From the NCBI GenBank assembly GCA_024626585.2, contig JANKJI020000004.1, positions 50,914,542 through 50,932,840 of the forward strand: a stretch of DNA of 18,299 nt, in the 5' to 3' direction. A program made the position numbers and the translations under genes. The stretch comes from Ginkgo biloba (Eukaryota; Plantae; Ginkgophyta). Positions 10,904-18,299 of the stretch are shown here, piece after piece. Each line of letters starts with the position of its first letter. The first letter of the stretch is position 1. The notes under the pieces were generated by a model, which ran no database searches, was not told where the DNA came from, and saw nothing but the letters and a program-made list of their open reading frames with translations.

Positions 10904-11589
10904 TGTTAAATTCCCATACTTCAATCCTGGTTAACCATGTGCAAGTGCAATTCCGTTGGAAGATGTGTCAAGGATGCACGCAATACTTGGCAAAGATCTG
11001 ATCGGTTTCAGAGTAGGTCCAGTAATATTGCTAGGTGTGCATCAGCATTCAAGAGAAACTGGAGATATGAATACCCCATAACTTTGTCATTTGTGATCAT
11101 ATTTGGTTTGTGCTTATTGGGGTTCCTATAGGAAAATGCCTACAGACAGACTTGACTGTTGTACTGATGTTCGTCTTAAAATTTTAATTGTCTGATATTT
11201 GTCTTGTTTATGATTTCTTTATTTTCACTGTGTATTAGTATAGCTGATGTTGCTATGGTGTTTGGGTCGTTGGCAGGCTTTAATGTTGTTCAATGTGGAT
11301 TACTAACTAAGAGATGTAACAAAAATTTCAGATTCATTGCATGTATACTAAATGAGAAGTGTGAGGCAATCTTAATATCGTGCATAGGTTTTGTTTCTAT
11401 GTTTCTCCAAGTCCTTCAATAAGTTTTTAGCACCGAATGCTAGGGCAAGACCTTTGAAATGATTGCATACATCACACAAACGAAAATGCGCCCTTTATGT
11501 CATGAGTGATTTTGTTTCTGTGTTCTTTCTGTTTTAGTTGATAGTTTCATAAGCATTTGATAATTTTATGAGCATTAAGAAAGGGCAGA
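10904..11589 (+). mobile_element. Putative 3' LTR of the gypsy element (right boundary uncertain)
   Basis: Starts TGTTA immediately after the PPT, followed by non-coding T-rich sequence. No matching 5' LTR is visible in the window. The end coordinate is simply the next gap. Confidence 0.5.
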
Positions 11590-11693
11590 NNNNNNNNNNN
11601 NNNNNNNNNNATTGAATATAAACATACCGAAAGTTAATGAACTAGCAGCATAAGAAGTGAACAAAGAAAAAAAACTAGAAAAGAAACTCTTAC

Positions 11694-11775
11694 CTCTACA
11701 CGAATCTCACACAGTGCTTTCAAAATTACCACCCGTGTCCCAGGATCAAGCTTTTTGTAAGCTGCAATCTCTTCT
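11694..11775 (-). CDS. DDR4: DDR4-like internal exon (82 nt, phase 2-0): (G)EEIAAYKKLDPGTRVVILKALCEIRVE
   Basis: tttttaatacag|AGAAGAGATT...CGTGTAGAG|gtaaga with an 89-nt upstream intron (11864-11776). The frame continues exactly. Matches the recalled DDR4 segment EIE.YK.LDP..RVVILKALCDIRVE. Confidence 0.94.
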
Positions 11776-11864
11776 CTGTATTAAAAACAGGAAACAATAT
11801 CATGCTTTCTATCCTGAATTAATAGGTTAAGAAATTAAATTTGCCCGAGACTACAGCTACTCAC

Positions 11865-11902
11865 CCATGATATGCAATAAGTGGAAGTTCCCCTTCAGCA
11901 AC
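11865..11902 (-). CDS. DDR4: DDR4-like internal exon (38 nt, phase 0-2): VAEGELPLIAYH(G)
   Basis: ttttacttccag|GTTGCTGAAGGG...TATCATGG|gtgagt with a 131-nt upstream intron (12033-11903). Matches the recalled DDR4 segment VAEGDLPIVA.HG. Confidence 0.93.
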
Positions 11903-12033
11903 CTGGAAGTAAAAGCAAAAGAGTTTGCCAATCACTGGTATATCTTCATACTTTCTTCAAGCTAGCTCTCTAGGCCAATTGTAGGACTAAATGGAATAAA
12001 ACATGGACACTAAGAGTTATGCTTGTAACCTAC

Positions 12034-12120
12034 CCAAGGCCACCAATATTTCAGCTTCTTGCATAATACTGTCACCCATGTGTCACGCCTCAGGGCAGTC
12101 CTGCTAACAGGGGGTATTGC
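12034..12120 (-). CDS. DDR4: DDT domain-containing protein DDR4-like, internal exon (87 nt, phase 0-0): AIPPVSRTALRRDTWVTVLCKKLKYWWPW
   Basis: Minus strand reads tgatttacag|GCAATACCC...TGGCCTTGG|gtaggt. Only one frame is open. The peptide matches my recollection of plant DDR4 (AIPPVTRMALTRDTWVTVLCRK..D.WHW). It splices in frame to the next two exons. Confidence 0.93.
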
Positions 12121-15100
12121 CTGTAAATCACACACCAATGTTTCTATTGTATTAAAAAAGAACAATTCCAATAACCACTAAACTAAATCTAATGACAAGA
12201 ACAGAGAAACAGATGAAATTTATTTTGGGATGANNNNNNNNNNNNNNNNNNNNNNNNNNNNNNNNNNNNNNNNNNNNNNNNNNNNNNNNNNNNNNNNNNN
12301 NNNNNNNNNNNNNNNNNNNNNNNNNNNNNNNNNCATGTGTTTTAGTTCATCTAACAAAATGTAATGATACATTATGTATGTATTATATGTATGAAGGTTG
12401 TTGCCTTTATACATATTTGAACGTATATGTATAGGTTTCAAAATCTAATTGAAGAATAGGAACGAGACAAAAAAATAAAGAAAGAAGTTCGATATGCACA
12501 AATATATAATATTTACTCCATATGATATATTTTTTACTTGGAATCGTATCAAATTTTGAGAGGCACTTAAAAAAAAAGTCTAGAATATGTACAATTTAAT
12601 CAACATTATTATGAATTCTGTTTATCAGAATCGCTTAACAGAATTCAGTCTGAAATGGCAAATGAGCACTATCAAACTTGATTTAATTTACAGAACAGTG
12701 AGAAATGGTCCTTATTTTGGAATTCGGTTTCTAAGTTGGTTGCCTATGGGAGAATATGGGACAGAATATAAGGGTTTTGATGTATTTCCTTCAGGATTTA
12801 CCTACCTTGAAAATGCAAGAATTGGGCATTTCTGAACTCACAATACTTGAGTAAAACAATTTCTGGTCGCACAAGTTTGAAATCAGAAAAAGGAAAGGTT
12901 TCATGTTAGTTCTCTTTCTACCACGTCTATTTTGGGAAACTTCAGCAGTTGCATTTCATCCCATGCTGCTGAATAGTCTTGAAAAATGCAAAATAACTAA
13001 AGACAGTGCCGCTTGGACCTAAATAGGATCAAATTGTCATCTGACACACACAATACAGAGTGAAACAGAGAAAAATATAATTATGTATGCTGTGTTATAT
13101 AGTGCCCACAAGGATTTCATAGAAATGAGAGCATACTGGCATGTTTAAGGCTCTGCCAGGGTTCGATTTTATGAGGGATATTCCAGTGTGCATTCGCCCC
13201 ACCATGTCTGTTATGCACAGCGCTGGCGATACCTTGTGAAGTAGCAGTATATGGTTCTTCAAAGCAGGAAGAAAAGGGGTTGAAAGGAGCAGACAATGCC
13301 TGCCGTTCCATACCTACAGACGGAAGCAGCCGACACGCAGAGAAATCCCTATTTACTAATGCTAAAAGTTGCTTCGAGAAATAAACGACGTCTACCATAG
13401 AAACTTCAGATGATGTTCACGTCAACAGGCATTGCGATTCAAATAATAGTGAAACAATGATAGGGCATATAAAAAACCTTTTTGTCATGATCATCTGTCN
13501 NNNNNNNNNNNNNNNNNNNNNNNNNNNNNNNNNNNNNNNNNNNNNNNNNNNNNNNNNNNNNNNNNNNNNNNNNNNNNNNNNNNNNNNNNNNNNNNNNNNA
13601 ACATGATTTCTTCTTGTCTTCATCACTATATCTATTATAGTAAAAAATATCTGTGTTATAATCAAGTCCTTGGTCGCAAAAATGGACATGATTGTTGGAT
13701 CCTTACAACAATGTTAGAACTTGTCTTCTTTGACTAATCTTTAAGTACAATGATCAAGTAGTTGCCCAGCCTACTTGATAACTGTTGGCCATCCTCCATG
13801 GAAGTACACAAAACTATACCCTACATGACTAACAATGTACAATTGATGAGCTGTCAAAACTAAAACTAAAGAAAAATTAAAAAATATCAACAACACATTT
13901 TTCCATAGAGAATGACAAGAGGCAACAACTCTTTGAAAAAAAAACTCACAAAGACACAATTACAGACCCGATAGACTCTTTATCTTCACTCTTACTCGAA
14001 CAAACAAAATAGACTCTAGATTCAACTCCTTTTTATTTGAAATACATTACAGGAAAAAGATGGTTCCACTTTTAAAACCATGATTTGACATCATGAGGCT
14101 CTGCCATGTGACCTCGAGTTTTGGCTCTTAATACCCCTTTCTTTTACAAATTATTATTTCACCCAATAATAAATTTATTCTAACTTTATAAATTGGATCC
14201 CCCTTGAGTAAACCTTAACACCATGTGACTAAACCATATGACCTCAGTGTAATCCTTTGATAATTCACTGGTTAAGATATTAAAATTATAACCTTATTTT
14301 TTGTAGAAGGTATATTTAGTTCTCACAATAATGACAAACAATAAGAGCGATGATATTCTTGGAGCTATGATGATGATGATCAATTCACTAACAAATGGCC
14401 ACCTTCCATTGACATACATAAAATCTCTCTAACAGACTACCATTTCCTCTAATAACTAGCATAAACCTTCAACAGACAGTAAATGTACCTCTAACATATG
14501 GATATTTCATTCAACAATGACGTAAGATTATGGATCCCTATTGGAAATCTCTAAAAAATGATAAACACATCGTATTCAATATATGATAACCCATAGATGA
14601 CAACCACCTTTGACAAATGCAAAGCTCCTTTGATAAGTATTGTATTCTCTAATANNNNNNNNNNNNNNNNNNNNNNNNNNNNNNNNNNNNNNNNNNNNNN
14701 NNNNNNNNNNNNNNNNNNNNNNNNNNNNNNNNNNNNNNNNNNNNNNNNNNNNNNTTTACTCTATTATTTTACAAGTTATGGTTAGTGGTGGCTGCTATAA
14801 ATTACTTTTTGCTAGTAGTGAGTAACCCTCGATGTAGTTGCTGGTTGATATTTTTTTAAATCTTTGAGTGAGTGATGGTGTGAAGTTGCTCTTCTTTGAT
14901 ATTGTATGGGTTGAGCTTGGTCAAAATATTCATTCAATGGAATTATACTGAAATCATGACAATTGGTTGTTGAAAGATGTAGTAGTCAATCAAGCTTTTA
15001 ATAAATATTGATATCATCTAAGTTTGTGAGGTGCCATATGGGCCTTAAATGAGAGACGATAGGCTACCTTCGATTTTGATCTTGGTTACCACATGTCAAT

Positions 15101-15989
15101 AATACTACAGAAGAATGATCATTTAGTAGTGAATAAGGTTCCATATTTTTCGCTGCAAAAGCTACGTTAGTGTCAATTTGAACAAAACCCTCAATCTATT
15201 AGTTTATAGAATTTTGACAGTCTCACTCATATGGAGTGATTTTGCTACAATGTTTGTTTGAGAAACCATCCAAATAGGGAGAGTGAAGACTTTACTATGG
15301 CTATCCAAACTTGTAATGAACTTTCCCACTGAAACTCCAATTGTATTCTTATATAAAAAAGATCTTAATCGTTGAAGCAAGGCTAGTATCCTGAGCATCA
15401 TCATTAGATTTGTTTTTTACCTTCACACTAGTAACCTTTACAGACTCTAAACATAATGTGTCTCTTTTATTCTAAATGTTAAAGACTAATTGAAAAATAA
15501 TTTATAATTCTTCTTGGTATTTCATTAATTCCTTAGAAAGCAATAGTCATATAAGTTTATCATTTGAACACTTAACAATCTAGCTCAGATAGTCTCCCAG
15601 CACATATCCTCTTCCTTAAAATTAGCTTCTCTAGTTAATGCTTGAGTTTGTTAGCAAAACTGCTCTAAATTCCTGACTGTTCTATCACCAAATGTCCATT
15701 TCCTTCATTTCTTGATGTTCTTTCCCTTTAGTTCCTCCATTGCATTTGCTTGCAAATAGAATATGAGAGTACCTCTCAAAGATTATAGGGAGAAATAATA
15801 ACTAGATGGGACCTTTTGGCAAATAAAAGATTCTAAAGAGAATCTCCATAGACTCCAGGCCCCCCTAAATATATAATAGAGATAAATTACTTTGAACTCT
15901 CCATCTATGCTCTCTCCTACTACAACTATTGCCCAACTATGAGTTATCATGCATGTAGCTCTAGATTTGACACTAGCATTATTGCTAAA

Positions 15990-17006
15990 TGTTGACAATG
16001 GTTTTCCAATGAGAGGATAAGCACATCAAGAACACACTAAAAAGAATAATTCAGAGTAGATATGCATAGATTTAGGAGACTCCAAAATGCTTCATTAGAA
16101 TGAGGGATAGTCCCAAGAACCCAAGATTGCTTGAGTATTATCCTCAATACACCGTTCTCTCCTCTCTATCCTTTGATATCTAGGATCAACAACATACATA
16201 TGTATATATAGGTGGCAAAGGTTATTGAATAGCCCAACTGCCAACCACCCACCTAATTCCTCATTATAATAAATAGTAAAGTGACTTTAGAATCGCTAAT
16301 GTATGTAAATGTGGTCTTGGAAAGATGGGGCTCTACTAGGGTTTAGCTTGGCGGAGGTTTATGGTGGCTAGGCTCCCTGTTCTCGTTTGGGCATGGCGTT
16401 GGTTGGGTGATGTTGGAGTCCCATCGATTCTGTTTGCTACTCTTAGCTTTGCATTCGTCATAGTTTGCTTCTCACGTTCTTTGGGTTTCCATTAGGGGCG
16501 GTGGCCTACAACTTCTCTTCCTCAATTTGGGATATTCAGGTTTGGGCTTTGGGGTTTTTTCCTTTGTTGATTTGGTGGCTACATGGAATGGTGAGAGATG
16601 TCCTTTGGTGGTGACTTGCTTCTAGGTGCGACCACACCTTTAATTTGGCTCAGTTAAGGGCCTCTTGACTCATTTTAGGGCCATGTACTTTGTTTGCATG
16701 GGGTGTTCTACAACTAACTGTAGATCTGGGTTTCCTCCTTTGGTGTGGGACTATGGAGATCCCATTTCTACCTCTCTCATTAATTGGAAGTATGGAAATA
16801 ACTATGGGGCTCTCATTTGGTTATTTTTTCCTTGGGGTCCATTTTTTCCTCTGTGTGCTTCAGACATAGATGCTAAAGTATTTACTTGGCAGTATGGCGG
16901 TATGGGAATTGGCTACCTTTCTTGTGAGGTTATAGTTTTTTGGTTTTTATCTATCCTTTTAGGTTTCATTTGAAATCTCTAATTTCTACTAGAATTAGGC
17001 TCAACA
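15990..17006. mobile_element. LTR-like segment(s)
   Basis: TGTTGA at 15990 and TCAACA ending at 17006 are inverted termini. TATA-like TATATATA at ~16203-16210. Non-coding. No TSD, so this may be a composite of two elements. Confidence 0.3.
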
Positions 17007-17152
17007 ATTCTTGGCTAACCAATTTTTGTAATTCTTCTTCTTAGTAATCTTTNNNNNNNNNNNNNNNNNNNNNNNNNNNNNNNNNNNNNNNNNNNNNNNN
17101 NNNNNNNNNNNNNNNNNNNNNNNNNNNNNNNNNNNNNNNNNNNNNNNNNNNN

Positions 17153-17340
17153 TCCTCCCTTAACATCTATGCCATTTAATACTAACTCCCTTTTCATATT
17201 CTATGTTGTCCATCATATATGTCTCCATTAGTATTATAATCAAAGGTTTCATATTCTTTGCCACTCTTTTTATTTCCAATCAACTCCTACATCTATTACC
17301 ACCTATGCCCTGAACATTTTAGGATAGACTTTTGGTTTCA
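17153..17340 (-). pseudogene. L1-like LINE ORF2 N-terminus (APE endonuclease), degenerate
   Basis: Minus frame KSLS*NVQGIGGNR...LEIKRVAKNMKPLIIILMET matches the APE motifs (I)LSWNVRG and KP.II.LQET. It is followed after a frameshift by GIDVKGG (cf. VDA.G.SGG). The A-rich minus-strand sequence at 17400-18299 may be eroded ORF1. Confidence 0.7.
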
Positions 17341-18299
17341 CATTCCATTTAACTATATACAAATTTTATACCTTTAATTACNNNNNNNNNNNNNNNNCCT
17401 TTAAGATACTTTATCTATGAAATATTACTATTAATTGAGATTTTTTTGTTAGAACTATCACATTTACTTCCTTGGTATCTCCTTTCCTCATAGACATTTT
17501 AGCTAGTGAAAAATTTTCCTTTTTCCCTTATACTAATTTAACTCCATTATTTTGTACTCCTATCCTACAATTTAAAACCTAATTTGTTTCTCAAGATTAA
17601 GAAATTAATGCTTATCTCCTATTCGTGATGGCCTCCTACTAGTTGGTTATAAATTTTCTTCTAGGCCTATGTTATCATTTCTCTACTTATTTGTTATATC
17701 TAAATCCTACAAAAATGATACCATTTAGTACATAATATTTTATTCTTATTTCTTGTATAGATATGATTGATCCTAATGTTTACTTGTTAGACCTTTTTGN
17801 NNNNNNNNNNNNNNNTTGCTTCATGGAGGTAAATCTCCACTAATTCTAAAATTTGATAATTTATTCAAGTTTAATTTAATTTTTGAGGTTTCTCTATTTA
17901 AGAGATTATTATTATATCATATATCCATTTAGTCCATTCCCTTATTTCTCCATTTAGGTAATGTTTAGGCTTCCAACATAATCATCATTAGGACTTTCAT
18001 CTTTATTATCTTTTTTATCACCCCAAATTTCACTCTTAGATTTCTGCCACTAATTTGGAATCTTTATGACATTATCATAAGCATTTGGAGCCTCATTGTA
18101 CACTTATGTTATATTTTGAATATGCCATATCTTATTGATATATAATTTGTACCATATTTTCTTAGATTAAAATCCTAATATGTGATATTACTTCACTATA
18201 ATGAAAAAACTTAACATTACCAAATTAGAACCAACTATTTAGAGTTTCAAAGGTTTTGATTAGAAATCATATATACCTTTAGGGAAAATCTAGGTGGAT

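Noticed and set aside
12575-12647. Hairpin plus CTAG as a Helitron 3' end
   Set aside because: The hairpin is AT-rich and too far from CTAG, and on the minus strand CTAG is followed by A rather than T.
14464-14520. Minus-strand CTG TTG AAG|GT as the end of the missing DDR4 (..LLK) exon
   Set aside because: An in-frame TAG lies a few codons upstream and there is no similarity to VFRPLL...HIP.
15204-15720. IGVSVGKFI and WTFGDR peptides on the minus strand as LINE ORF1 (DUF4283 region)
   Set aside because: Motifs are too short and degenerate to call without an HMM search.
16665-16973. 102-aa hydrophobic ORF (also 10937-11131 and 11204-11422)
   Set aside because: Non-ATG or weak starts, T/G-rich LTR-like DNA explains the hydrophobicity, and no recognisable family.

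Overview
AT-rich, CpG-poor eukaryotic nuclear DNA, almost certainly a land plant with a large TE-rich genome (gymnosperm-like; this is inference). The draft assembly has 15 N-gaps, eight of them exactly 100 N placeholders. The only intact host coding sequence I can recognise is three consecutive internal exons of a DDT-domain protein (DDR4-like) on the minus strand: 12120-12034, 11902-11865 and 11775-11694. They have canonical GT-AG introns of 131 and 89 nt and the ORF track misses them. The flanking exons are not visible, so the rest of the window is probably two very large introns filled with decayed retroelements. These include a Ty3/gypsy chromovirus pol pseudogene (RT-RNaseH-integrase-chromodomain-PPT-LTR, + strand, ~8553-11589), two gypsy gag fragments plus a tRNA-Met PBS/LTR junction (- strand), several LTR-like segments, and the 5' end of an L1-like LINE ORF2 endonuclease (- strand). 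I found no rRNA, tRNA or CRISPR, and I cannot support a wholly new biological system here. The best leads are candidate in-frame cassette exons and a structured GC-richer island inside the DDR4 upstream intron, a ~21-bp-phased decayed motif array, decayed ABRE-like repeats in an LTR, and an LTR pointing antisense into the DDR4 exons.
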